Program-made: the position numbers and the translations under genes | Part shown: positions 1-10,851 of the stretch, one piece after another | Numbering within the stretch: position 1 is the first letter of the stretch | Layout: each line of letters starts with the position of its first letter | Notes under the pieces: model-generated | What the model was told of the DNA's origin: nothing | Databases searched by the model: none | What the model saw: the letters and a program-made list of their open reading frames with translations, nothing else | Source of the DNA: Planctomycetota bacterium | GTDB lineage: Bacteria > Planctomycetota > PLA2 > JAEUHO01 | NCBI GenBank assembly: GCA_965222115.1 | Contig: CBDCTJ010000005.1 | Coordinates: 1 to 64,000, forward strand | Direction of reading: 5' to 3' | Length of the DNA: 64,000 nt

Positions 1-264
1 CCATCGCTCCATGGCCTGCGCCGTCCACCGCTGCCGAATCGCTGTCGGCATCGTTGCCTCAAGCGACGGCGAAATCACACTCATCACGAAGTCAATCGCG
101 GGGGATATCGCGATACATGAGTTGATTGTGTAAGTCTGCCGCCGTTCAAATCGAAACGACGTCGAATGGCGCTGACACAGTCGTGTTCAGCGCCACACGG
201 GACGACATATTGAACGACTCGGAACATTGAGTCACAAGTCACGAGTCACGAACCTCGACGGGTG

Positions 265-3200
265 CTACGGGACCATGCCCAGATAGGTGTACCCCGCAGG
301 AGGCACGCCCATATCCGCGGGATAGCCCGCCGGACGAGGTGCGCCGCCCGTAGTGGTGGTACATGCGGTAAGCGCGTCGGCCATTCCTTGCTGAATGAGT
401 CCCCAAATATTGAGCCCATTCATGTATGTGGGACACGTCGAGTACTCAACGGTCCACGTGGGGTTACCGGACGTATCCGTTGCGCGCACGAACACGAGGT
501 ACAGGCGACCATACACAGGCGCAGCCGGTGTCGTGGGCAAGGGCCCGGATGGCGCCGCACGCTCCGCGCGAAGTGCGAGAGAAGGCGGTGCTCCTGCTCC
601 ACCGCCTGCGTAATCTGGCGTCAACGGCGCTGGATCCGCAAATGGAGGACCGTTGACTTCGGTAGCCCAGATGTAGTACTCGACCGTTGGCGCACCGGAT
701 GGATCCGCTGCAGCCGCGTTTAGCCCCACAGGAAACATACCGCGTGTTGGCGGAATCCAATACTCGGCGAGCCAACGTGGTCGTGAGGGTGGGTGGGCCC
801 GCGTCACCGGTTGTCTGACGCCAAACGCCTCGACCATGAGTACCTGCATAGAGCGTATTGCCCAACCAGAAGAGGTCCATCACGCGCACATTCGCCGGCC
901 CTTCGTTGGTACCGGGATCGGAGGCACTCCAGAAGCGACCACCGTCCACACTGGCAATCACGCCAACCTCAGACGCCATGTAGAGCGTGTCGCTACGCGT
1001 CGGGTTGATCTCGACGTCGTACATGGGAATCTGCGGCATGTTGGAACCAATAGTCCACGTGGCGCCGCCATCCCGGGTACGCCAAAGGTTGCCACCGACG
1101 TACCCACCAAAGGATACGCATACGTGGTTGCCGTCGTTGGGGTCGATGGCAATACCGGTCGCCACACGCGTGGGCCAGTTGGCAGTTCCAGCCGCAGCGC
1201 CTGTCTTGGGGTCAATCAGATTTGCGACGCCTGCAACACCGCCCACGCGATTCCAAGTAGGCGCCGCATTGGTACCATTGGATGTCCACCACACTTGACC
1301 GTTGTCGTACGCCACCCAAACACTGTTTGAGTTGTTGGGATCAACTTTCACGGCAGATACAAACGCACCGGGAACGGGTACTTTCGCCGAAGCCCACGTA
1401 GGCCCGGTTCCCATCGGCCCGGCTCCATCAGGATCCACGATGGCGGTCTGTGCGTCATTGGTTCGCCATAGAGACGAAAACCCGACATACAACGTTGTGG
1501 GAACTTGAGGATCCAATTCCATGGCGCGCGTAATAAAGGGCGCGGCATTCGTGCCAGCCTCTGGAATCGCAAATCCGCCGGTTCGCTGCTGAGTTGGCGG
1601 CCACCCCTGACCATCGAGCTGCTGATTCTCGGTGGCGGCAAAGGCACCGGTGGACGTAATCTGTCGTCGCCACAGATCGCCACTGAAGTAGGAGCCATAG
1701 ATCCAGCCTCCACCCGCCGCGGTCGCAGTCGAAACATCAATGGCGGGCGTGCCGCCGTCGCCGGTTACGTAGTCGGCCGGCCAGTCGGCGTCGACAGGGG
1801 CTGCACCGGACCCAGCGAAAAAGGGCGTTCCATTGTCTTGGGTGCCACCAGCGAGGATCTCGTTGTTTATCGTTCCCTGCGCGTCACAACCGTAAAACTG
1901 CGTGATCCCCAGATTGGCATTGTTGATTCGCACCCAATCACCTGCCGGGTTATCGGGACCAGGCGCACTTAGCGTAGTCGTAAGCGGCACATTTGAACGG
2001 TACATGCCGCCGTCATTGCCGAAATAAACGTCGCCACCGCCCGCGGTGCCATCAAAGTCGGGCGCGTGTTGAATGGCATGGTGATCGGCGTGCATACTAT
2101 TGCCGCCATTATCGGGCTGCACTTGCCAACGCGCGATCTGCGTGAAGTTGGCGCCGCCGTCGGTTGAACGCCACAGGTCGACGCCACCAACAAGAATCAC
2201 ATCCTCGGTTGCGTCGGCAGGCGCTGCGCCTGCAGCGGTCACAGGACTTACCCAAATGATGTTGTCATAGACGCCTTGGCCACTCAGTAGATCCGTACCG
2301 TCGCCGATCAGACCGCCTGGCATTCCTGGCGCGCGATTGACAGGCGTAAACGTCTGGCCGTTGTTGTCGCTGCGGTATACGCCACCGGTAGACGAGTTTC
2401 CAGGAGCCGGTGGATTGAACTGAAACGCGTTCACGGCGACAGACGCGTACAAACGACCAGACCCGTCGTTTGACCATGCAAGTTCTACACGACGAACATT
2501 TGCGGCCGGGAGTCCGGTTGCCGCGGTCCACGTCGCGGCGCCGCCATAATCGATCCAATAGCTATCTCCGATGGCCACACCACCACTCGAAGTAACTCCG
2601 GCGACCGCCAAGTCGGACGATCCCGGTTGAAAATCGATGTCGCCGAACACACCCGTCTGAACAGGCGCTGCGCCAAACGTCGCACCGCTGTCGGTGCTTT
2701 CATAGATTCCGCTCAGTCCAGGGTTGTCGCCATTGGGGGCTCCGTTGGCGTTGAACCCTACAACGCGAACGGCCGCCAAGAGGCGAGTACCGTCGGCCGA
2801 CATCGCTAGCCGGTTGACGTAGTTCCAGCCAGCAGTTTCCGGCATCTGCGTCCACGTGGCTCCACCGTCGATTGATCGAAACACGCCCCCACCTTCAACG
2901 ATGTCGAAGCGTGCGCTAAATCCGCCGGTAACCCCTCACCCGTTGCCGCCCACATGTTCTGTGAATCGGTGGGGTCAATCACAATCGACGTGATCGCAAG
3001 ATTCGCCTGGAAGTCGTCAATGCGGGTCCAGGATCCGCCGCGATTGTCGGAACGCCAAATACCGCCGTCCACACCGCCGATCCACACGCGACTTACGTTA
3101 TTCGGATCCACTGCGATAGCGCGAACGCGACCGCCGAAACGTGTTGGCCCCATCTCGGTCCAACCCAATTGATCAAGACCGCCCAACGTCGCAGGCGTGT

Positions 3201-3501
3201 TTGATGTCACGGCGCGCAAGGAGTTCATCTCGTTCTTTGCGAGAACGGCTGGGTTATGGGGAATGCGCCCATTGTCATCAAGCGCAATCTTTGCCATCCA
3301 AGCGGCACGCGCCTCCTGCCGAGCCGCCTTTGCATCCATAGGGTCAAGGGCATCTAGGGGCCCAACTCCGTTACTGGAGACGACACCCTGATTCGTGCTG
3401 AGGGACGGGGTCGATGGTTTCGACGCCACGCACCACCACGCCAAGATCCCAACCACACAAATGGCGGGCAGCAGGGCCCGCGACCACCTACGATTCATCA
3501 T
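265..3501 (-). pseudogene. Large secreted BNR/Asp-box beta-propeller (sortilin/GH74-like) protein with a C-terminal LWPPNHKM-like Ig-type domain, interrupted by two frameshifts (pseudogene or assembly indels)
   Basis: Three ORFs join into one protein of about 1078 aa. 2806..3543 carries the signal/TM and GGRVRAIAVDP..GGIWRSDNRGGSW. 464..2884 carries repeated RSxDGGxTW Asp-boxes and LYAGTHGRGVW. 265..849 carries WIPPTRGMFPV, LRAER and GRLYLVFVRATDTSGN. Frame breaks lie at the C run 2932-2935 and near 765-775. A GGAGG lies upstream of the ATG at 3501. Confidence 0.7.
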
Positions 3502-3841
3502 TTTTGACGTCCGCCTCCATGTGTACTCGCCAGGGCCTGCCACACCACTCTCCTCGTCGCGCGCATGCCCAATTCGGTCAAGGAGCGTAACAACCAGCTA
3601 CGGAAACTCCATGTTCGTGAGAGGCGATCTCATGAATTCTCTCAGCGTGCAAGCGCGTTGAACCAACGCAAGCAGCTCCCAAAGACTCATGGCGGCGCAT
3701 TGAACCATCCAACCCTCCCGATAGGGTCACGTGTGGCTGGCTTGGGGAAACGGAGCACGTAGATGGGCCCTATTTGAAGGGCGGCGGATCGATTGGGAGG
3801 CCCGAATTGACGCCGCGCCGCCCCATGGCTATAGAGCGCCC

Positions 3842-4390
3842 ATGAAACTGTTTCGATTCTTCTGGGACACGCATCGTTGGACCGGAATCACCATAGGGCT
3901 GGTGCTGCTGCTCGTCGCGGGAACGGGGTTCTTATTGCTCCTTAAGAAGGAGTATGCATCTCTCCAACCACCTACACGGCGAGGGGCGTCGAGCGAGTTT
4001 GAGACGTTCGGCAAGTTGCAAGAGTCCTGGAAGTCGGTACTGGCACTCAAGCGCCCGGAGTTTCGATCGACCGACGACATCGATCGAATTGATGTCAGGC
4101 CTGGAAAGGGCACGTACAAATTTCGTTCCAAGCGCGATGACTACGAAGTCCAGGTGTGTGCGACGACAGGCGCCATCTTGAGCCAAGCCACGCGACGATC
4201 GGACTTTATCGAGCGGCTTCATGACGGCAGTTGGATCAGCGGCTCGTTTAAGACGTATGTCATGCCGCTGGTGGCACTTGGATTGATTTATCTCGCCTTC
4301 ACGGGGTACACCATCTGGCTTATGCCAAAGTGGCGGCGACGGAAGAAGCGAATCGCTCACGCGGAGAAGAGCCGCTCAAATTCGAATTGA
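3842..4390 (+). CDS. PepSY-associated TM helix domain protein
   Basis: HRWTGITIGLVLLLVAGTGFLL at the N-terminus, and IERLHDGSW followed by TM and TGYTIW at the C-terminus; ATG at 3842. Confidence 0.8.
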   Translation: MKLFRFFWDTHRWTGITIGLVLLLVAGTGFLLLLKKEYASLQPPTRRGASSEFETFGKLQESWKSVLALKRPEFRSTDDIDRIDVRPGKGTYKFRSKRDDYEVQVCATTGAILSQATRRSDFIERLHDGSWISGSFKTYVMPLVALGLIYLAFTGYTIWLMPKWRRRKKRIAHAEKSRSNSN

Positions 4391-4594
4391 AGCGTTCGAC
4401 TCGCCAACGCCCTGCGTTTTCACGCGCACCGACCGGATTTCCGTGTCGGATGCCGCGGCCCGGTCACATGGGGCCGTTCAACTTGACCGGGATCGCGGGA
4501 TGGCCTACCATTTGATGCTTGCGAGAGAGCGATTGCCTATTGTGGCCGTGGTGGCAGCAGGGCGTTGCGGAGAGATTCCAAGGTGGTACCACAG

Positions 4595-5077
4595 ATGAAG
4601 AAAGTCAATCGTTTGGGCGCAACCGTTGTCATGTGCGCGGCGAGCTTGTTCGTGAGTGCGTGTGGTGGTGGAAGTGGCGGCGGCAGTACACCCGCCACGT
4701 TGGTCGACGCCGGCACCTACAAAGTGGACATGAGCGCGTTCAATGTACCCGACGCCGCAAGTGCGACCGATCCTGTTGAAAGCGCCAACTTCCGACGTGC
4801 AGAAGATGCGGCAACGCAGTTCGGTAACGAACTATCGATCGAGCTTGGGAATGACAGTCGCTTTGTGATGCGCCTATCGCCCACGCAGACGTCGGAAGGC
4901 ACCTGGACGCGCGACGGTGACAAAATCGTCATGCACACGGAGACTATTGCTGGCGAGCCCTTGGAAGTGCCAGAAGGAACCGACCCCGATTCGATCGCGA
5001 AGAGCACGGCTACGGTTGTTGAACCTGGCAAGCTTCAATTGGGTGGCAGTGGCGGTATGGTGTTCGTCCGCGACTAG
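4595..5077 (+). CDS. Lipoprotein, hypothetical (small beta-rich, lipocalin-like)
   Basis: Signal peptide ending VSA|CGGGSGGG; GTY...F...EGTW..DGDKI pattern. Confidence 0.65.
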   Translation: MKKVNRLGATVVMCAASLFVSACGGGSGGGSTPATLVDAGTYKVDMSAFNVPDAASATDPVESANFRRAEDAATQFGNELSIELGNDSRFVMRLSPTQTSEGTWTRDGDKIVMHTETIAGEPLEVPEGTDPDSIAKSTATVVEPGKLQLGGSGGMVFVRD

Positions 5078-5140
5078 ATCCAAATAGTTTCGACTTCGCG
5101 ACCCAAGCGGATTGTTTGACTCGCCTTAAGAACTCCGTCG

Positions 5141-5167
5141 CGATGCGGCGGGGCTCGCATTCGTTTT
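5141..5167 (+). terminator. Possible intrinsic terminator between convergent genes
   Basis: GATGCG...CGCATT stem followed by CGTTTT, downstream of 4595..5077. Confidence 0.3.
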
Positions 5168-5206
5168 GAGCATCATCGGTCGTCGATAACTTCAAGGCTC
5201 GCCACG

Positions 5207-7036
5207 TTACTTAGCGCGACAAGCGGCACAGGTGCCGCACCATTTGTTTCCAGCACGCCGCACGGCTTCATCATCCGCGCGCGACCAGGGCAACAGGTGC
5301 CCCCGCCGAGAACCGGCGCCAAACTTGGAGGAACCGGATGGGGGGAATCCCGGGTCCACGTGCGGATGAGCTCGCAGGACGAGCCCCTGACCGGGCGTTA
5401 GCGTGGTGCCACCGAGGGCGAACCAATGCATCAACAAGTCGCCGCCCTCTTCAGGGCAGGCAGCGTTCGTTCCCATCGCGGGACACTCGGGCGTGTCGTC
5501 GATGAAATCGTGCGTGCCGTCGGATTCAACGGTGTGGTGCAATCCCAAGAAGTGTGCGATTTCATGGGCCACGATAAGACCGATGAAATTCACGGTTGAG
5601 CCTTCGTAAATGGAGGCGACGCCGGATGCGCCCGTCCCGAGTTTACTGGGACCAGCAATTCGCGCCGACGCGCCGAGTATGCCGCCACCGAATACCGTCT
5701 GAACAAATGCGAGATTGAGTCGGTTGTCGGTCGCTGAAGACGTGGTGCGCATGAGTTCGGCGAGATGGGCGTCATCAAGAATCACGTTGTAGTCGGAGCT
5801 AGCGATGTCGTAGTAGTCCACATCACCAATGCGAATCCCCTGCGCCGAAAGAATCGCGCTGGCCCGCGCCAGAATCGCCTGGAGGCGTGTATCGCTATCC
5901 GCAGTCGCGGCCGTCGGGATGACACCCGGTGCCAACCACACGTTGAGCTTGAGATCGCTTGTCACATCGGTGACATCATCGCGGTGCTCAATAACAACAC
6001 GTACCGAAGCCTCAGTCGAACTCCCCGCAAGTCGCACCATCTGAAACGTGTAGGTGCCGCCGCCAGGAACCAATCCAAGCAGGGGCCGATCTGTATTTGG
6101 CACGCCGGCGGAAAAAACCTCAATGCCTGGGGACCACGAATAGGGGCCCGTGCCCGACAGGTTTTCATACACCCGCCCGGTGGGTCCGATGAGGCTACCA
6201 AGTCCGAACGTGTCTGCCTCGACACCGTAGATTTCAAAGGTCACCGAAATCGCGTCATCGGGCACATCCACATTCAAGGGTGCTGTCAGTCCCGCAACGT
6301 CGAATCCCACATTGCCAAGATCTACGACGGTTTCACTTCCACCCACGGGCGTGGACAAGCTCATCGGAACGGGAAGACCGCCCGTAAACCCGTCGATGGC
6401 AAACTGCATGGGCGAAAACAACGCGCGCGCAATCGTTGGTTCATATCGAATCGTCACATCGACGAATGCGCTAGGCTCAATCGTGACAGGCAACGCTGGA
6501 GACAAGTGCGTCACATCCGCCACGGGGAACAACGCATCGGTGATCTCGATCGGCGCGTATTGACTGTCATTGATGACTCGAAGCGTGCGGTCGGCGTGCT
6601 GACCGAGCGGCACAGATCCAAAGTCGACTGAATCCGGCTCGGTTCGAACGATAAGCGAGTCGGCGACTGCACAAACGTCGAAGTACGTCGCAATCAGCCG
6701 TCCTGAGAGCTCATACCGAAGCGCGATCGTAGCCTTCACGCTCGGCGCAGCGCCCGGTTCACGCATGAGCTGAACAAATCCCCCGGTGGCATCGACTGCT
6801 ACGGGAAACTGAGATTGCGACACACCAAAGTCGCCTTGGGCGCTGGCAAACACAATGTGCCCGGACACGCCGTGAGGGTTCTCAAACCAAACCGAATGAG
6901 TGATCGCTGTCGGATCGATCACACCCAACTCGATGGCGTGCCTTGTATGCGCGCCTCCTCCGCCCCCGCCGCACGATGCCAATAGCGATGAGAAAACGAA
7001 CATCGCAAGAAGGGCGAGGCTTCGACGGATCACCAC
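5207..7036 (-). CDS. Lipoprotein zinc metalloprotease (metzincin, M43/pappalysin-like) with an Ig-like (ASH/choice-of-anchor D) domain
   Basis: Lipobox LAS|CGGGGGG; PDSVDFGSVPLGQ Ig-like domain; HEIAHFLGLHH zinc motif; DFIDDTP; Met-turn LMHW. The GTG start at 7036 or 7033 is inferred. Confidence 0.8.
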   Translation of the reverse strand: MVIRRSLALLAMFVFSSLLASCGGGGGGAHTRHAIELGVIDPTAITHSVWFENPHGVSGHIVFASAQGDFGVSQSQFPVAVDATGGFVQLMREPGAAPSVKATIALRYELSGRLIATYFDVCAVADSLIVRTEPDSVDFGSVPLGQHADRTLRVINDSQYAPIEITDALFPVADVTHLSPALPVTIEPSAFVDVTIRYEPTIARALFSPMQFAIDGFTGGLPVPMSLSTPVGGSETVVDLGNVGFDVAGLTAPLNVDVPDDAISVTFEIYGVEADTFGLGSLIGPTGRVYENLSGTGPYSWSPGIEVFSAGVPNTDRPLLGLVPGGGTYTFQMVRLAGSSTEASVRVVIEHRDDVTDVTSDLKLNVWLAPGVIPTAATADSDTRLQAILARASAILSAQGIRIGDVDYYDIASSDYNVILDDAHLAELMRTTSSATDNRLNLAFVQTVFGGGILGASARIAGPSKLGTGASGVASIYEGSTVNFIGLIVAHEIAHFLGLHHTVESDGTHDFIDDTPECPAMGTNAACPEEGGDLLMHWFALGGTTLTPGQGLVLRAHPHVDPGFPPSGSSKFGAGSRRGHLLPWSRADDEAVRRAGNKWCGTCAACRAK

Positions 7037-7193
7037 GAGATCTCTCCGAAATCGTTGGAAATGCGAGGCGCACGCCGCGCTTGATCTCCAACGCAACCCA
7101 TGCCACGCGTACATCGGGCGTGAATTGGAAAGGGCCCGGCGCGAACGATCGCACCGAGCCCCATGCTATGCAAACGTGTTGCGTGCGCGTGCC

Positions 7194-10100
7194 TTACGGC
7201 GCCTGCTGGTAGTTCACGACCATGGCGTCGGAAAGGCCTCCACCGGGTGCGGTTCCGGCCCAACCGGAGTAGACGCATCCGTTGAAGGCGTCAACGCCGC
7301 CCCACACGCCGTATTCGATGAACTCGTTGTCGCCTGCGATCATCAGTTCGGGGTCATCCGAGAGCAGCATGCGCGGACCAAACGTTGCACCGCCGTCGAC
7401 ACTTCGTGCCGAGAAACGCTCCACGTCGGCGGGATTCGTTGGCGCCACACTATTGGTGGAGTCGTACCAGTTGACGTAGACATCGCCTGTTACACCATCC
7501 ACACCCAACGTTGGAAGGAACTGATTGTTCGATCCGCCACCGGGTACGACGTTGCGAGCCGACCATGTGGTCCCGAAGTCGTCGGAGTAAGTGGTATTGG
7601 CTTGGAACGAGTTGGTAAACCCAGTGGTGTCGCCCGCGTCGAACGCGATAACGACGCGACCTTGATTGGGCACCGTTGCAGGAGCCGCCAAAACCGGACG
7701 AATCACTTCAATGCTGTGAAGGGGCGCAAGCCGACCGAAGTCGGGAAGCGGTGCGATTCCGGCGCCGATGTTCACGACACCCTGCGCAGAACTCACGGGG
7801 ACATCGGGATCGTACCCCGCGAATGCCACAGCAGGATGATGCGCGATTTGCAGATCAGACGTAGCGGGGAACACGCCAAAGTTATCTTCCCACCAAGTGA
7901 GATAGCGCTCACCGTCGGGGCCAATCGCTAGCTTGGCGTCTCGAATGGTAAGCGAACCTGACACCTGTGTCACGACCACCAGGAAATCTGGGGCGGGTGC
8001 ACCCGCGAAGCCACCGATCGTGCCGCCTGCAACGTCCAGGTGTGAGAAGCCAAGACCCTGGTGGGTGTAGCCGACGAGTGCGACCTGATTGCCGGGTACG
8101 TTGACATCGGGACCGACGGCGAGTGCCGGGCGGCCTATCTCTCCGAATGTTCCCGTGAATAGAGAGGGTGCGATTCCGTTACCGGGACCCCATGTCCCGC
8201 CCTGATCGAAACTCACCATCAGTACCGCGTGGCTCAGTCCTGCAGCCGCATCGTCTACGCGATAACTCAGCCAAAGGTTGCCAAAGTCGTCATACTCCAC
8301 CTGGGGATACGAACGCTCGGCAGCCGCTGGAAGGCCGTCGATCGCTGTGTTAATGATCGTGGGCGCAAACGTCACTCCGCCATCGATGCTTGACTGGACT
8401 GTAAGCGTGGTGCCGCCAAAGTCACCCGTGAGAGCCTGATTGGACGCGTCATTCTCATAGGCAACCGCAATGTTCATGCCGGGCGTACCGTCATTGGTTG
8501 ACACGCCAAAGTCGGTAGTAACCGACGTGGGATCGATCGTTACATCAACGTTGCTGTTGATCTCTGCGGCATTTTGGCTCAAATTCACCTCGGGGCTCTT
8601 GAGCAAGTAGTCCACAACAGACTCGCTGCACTGGCCGTCGTCGTTGGTAACGCGAACGGTGACTTCAACAATGCCATCACCATCGGTGTCGAGCGACGCG
8701 AGCTCCACTGCGGTTGGATTGCTCGGGTCGGGAATGCCTTCAATCCGCGTATCGCCCGTGATGAATGCGGGGCTGCCAGAAAGGACGGTTGATCCTATCT
8801 CAATCCAGTGGGGAGCAGCATTTCCGAATACCGGCGCGGGATTCGCAGTCGCGTAGTTGAACCCAATGCTGTTGAGCGGATGGAACGGCGCCGCGTCTTC
8901 CAGGTTGTAGCCTAGATCCGTGGGATACATGGTTACGGCGAGTGGGAACGCAGACGTGAGACCGCCAAAGTTACCAGCGGTTGCTTCGTCATTCACCGTC
9001 ATGCTTTGCACGTGACACGGCAAGAAGGGAGTGTTTCCACTAGCACCGGGGACAAGATTCAGAAGGAATCCATTACCCGTGCCGATGTCATTGTTGACCA
9101 CGCTCTCAATCAACGGCGGCGCAATCAGTGTCACCATGCCCGCCGTGCTGGGCGTGCAGCAACCTTCAGCGGTCGTGATGATCACGTCGAGCGGCTTGTC
9201 ATCAAGTAGCAAACCGTCTGGATTGACGGGAGGTGCCGGCGCTACGCCCGCTACAGGAATCTGACCTGTTACGGTGCCCGTGCCGTCCGGATTCTCGGTC
9301 ACAACCGTGCCGGTAACCGTGGTGCTCGTGCTGCCTGGAATCGGCGGCGTTGCATCGGGATTGTCAAATACGCACACGCCCGTGGGATCGATGAGCTGAA
9401 TCTGAACTTCGCTTCCAACCGGTCCAAGATGCATACCACCAAGCGTAAAGCCTTCCATCTCGGCAAGCTTCGCAGCATCCATCAAGGGATCGGGGTCTAC
9501 CAACGGGGTGGACGGAAGCGCGCCGGGCGCTGGATCACCCGTGTACTCGGTTCCGTACAGTGCGTCCGTACCAGCATTGATCTCTGTAAAGACGGCAGGG
9601 ACGGTAACCGTGGGACCTTCGACAGTCAGCACGACGGGCATCATCATCAAGTTGATGCAAACATCAGAGCCTTCAATCTGAATTTGGTCCATGTTGACGA
9701 CGGCCGTTGTGGGTGCTGCCGGATTCGTGGGATCGGGGCAGATGAACCCAGCGGGCGTCAGTCCTTCAATCGTGGTCGCCGAAGTGATCGTGGCCACCGT
9801 CGTGGTTTCGGTCAACGTCGTGCCGAAGAGATCGGGATGGGCTGCAGGATCGTCCGCCACCCAGTGCAGGAATACGGCACCACCTATAGGAGCAAAGCCC
9901 GCGCCGGTCAGTACGAACGGCTCTTGCTGACATGCTGCAGCGGTCGCGCCAGCGCCATCAACACTAATGGTGATTGCGCCACCCGCCGGGGGGCCAGGAA
10001 TTTCGAACATGACCTGATCGGGTCGACTCACGATGTCGAAACCACTTGGGAAGATGAGCTGCACACAAGCAATGACAGGTCCTTGAATCATCGCGTCGCA

Positions 10101-10487
10101 CGGAATGGAAATGGCGGGCGACGTGCCGTCAATCGTCGTGGGACTCGTGACGTTACCCATCACCGACGTGAAGTAGTTTGAGCCGCCTTCGAAAATAGCC
10201 GGGCCGTTCGCGGGGATCGTCCCAGGAGGCGCGAGAGGCGGAACCGTCGTGGGATCCTTCGTGTAGAAGCGGATCTCGGCTTGGCTACCCACGAAGGCAC
10301 TGAAGTCGGTGCCAGTGAGCGTGAATGCCTCAGGCGTAATGCCGAAGGTATTCGCTGCCAAGGTGACATTGTTGGTGAGCGTCGTGATGGTTCCGACGCC
10401 TGCTGCCGTACTTGATCGTTCGTTGCCACAACCCACGAGGGCGAGCGCCGATACAAGTGCGAAGAGCGAAAATACGCGCATTCTCAT
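7194..10487 (-). CDS. Large surface lipoprotein with IPT/TIG-like repeats and a C-terminal sialidase-like (Asp-box) propeller
   Basis: MRMRVFSLFALVSALALVG|C lipobox; repeated FTLTGxxF / SxTTIxGxTP units; Asp-boxes SIDGGVTF, SFDQGGTW, SDDFGTTW and SVDGGATF; NQFLPTLGVD. Confidence 0.75.
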   Translation of the reverse strand: MRMRVFSLFALVSALALVGCGNERSSTAAGVGTITTLTNNVTLAANTFGITPEAFTLTGTDFSAFVGSQAEIRFYTKDPTTVPPLAPPGTIPANGPAIFEGGSNYFTSVMGNVTSPTTIDGTSPAISIPCDAMIQGPVIACVQLIFPSGFDIVSRPDQVMFEIPGPPAGGAITISVDGAGATAAACQQEPFVLTGAGFAPIGGAVFLHWVADDPAAHPDLFGTTLTETTTVATITSATTIEGLTPAGFICPDPTNPAAPTTAVVNMDQIQIEGSDVCINLMMMPVVLTVEGPTVTVPAVFTEINAGTDALYGTEYTGDPAPGALPSTPLVDPDPLMDAAKLAEMEGFTLGGMHLGPVGSEVQIQLIDPTGVCVFDNPDATPPIPGSTSTTVTGTVVTENPDGTGTVTGQIPVAGVAPAPPVNPDGLLLDDKPLDVIITTAEGCCTPSTAGMVTLIAPPLIESVVNNDIGTGNGFLLNLVPGASGNTPFLPCHVQSMTVNDEATAGNFGGLTSAFPLAVTMYPTDLGYNLEDAAPFHPLNSIGFNYATANPAPVFGNAAPHWIEIGSTVLSGSPAFITGDTRIEGIPDPSNPTAVELASLDTDGDGIVEVTVRVTNDDGQCSESVVDYLLKSPEVNLSQNAAEINSNVDVTIDPTSVTTDFGVSTNDGTPGMNIAVAYENDASNQALTGDFGGTTLTVQSSIDGGVTFAPTIINTAIDGLPAAAERSYPQVEYDDFGNLWLSYRVDDAAAGLSHAVLMVSFDQGGTWGPGNGIAPSLFTGTFGEIGRPALAVGPDVNVPGNQVALVGYTHQGLGFSHLDVAGGTIGGFAGAPAPDFLVVVTQVSGSLTIRDAKLAIGPDGERYLTWWEDNFGVFPATSDLQIAHHPAVAFAGYDPDVPVSSAQGVVNIGAGIAPLPDFGRLAPLHSIEVIRPVLAAPATVPNQGRVVIAFDAGDTTGFTNSFQANTTYSDDFGTTWSARNVVPGGGSNNQFLPTLGVDGVTGDVYVNWYDSTNSVAPTNPADVERFSARSVDGGATFGPRMLLSDDPELMIAGDNEFIEYGVWGGVDAFNGCVYSGWAGTAPGGGLSDAMVVNYQQAP

Positions 10488-10851
10488 TGTTGATTGTCCC
10501 TTTCGCGCAGACGCCACCAGCCGGAAATGGGGTGCCGCCCTGCGAACGCGGTTTTGTTGGAATTCCTTCAAGTCTTCCCAGGAAGTATCCGAGGCCCTGA
10601 GCGCGTATCTTCGCGCGTAGGGGGGACCGTCGTCAACAATAATGCGGGCCGCCAGAGCCCAGAAATACGGCTCTACAGTCCGAAAGGTCCCACTAACAGG
10701 GCGTCTCGCCTCCTAGTTCGCCCAAGTCCATCGAAGCCGCCACAACCGCTATTCGGCCCGGTGCCGCGCTACGCCTCGTGCAGTTGTTTCGTTGATCGCA
10801 GTGCTCCGGTCACTTCGTAGCGCCTAAACAACCTTTACCTATCATTCACGC

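Noticed and set aside
1-260. Feature at the left edge of the window
   Set aside because: It is too short and has no recognisable motif.
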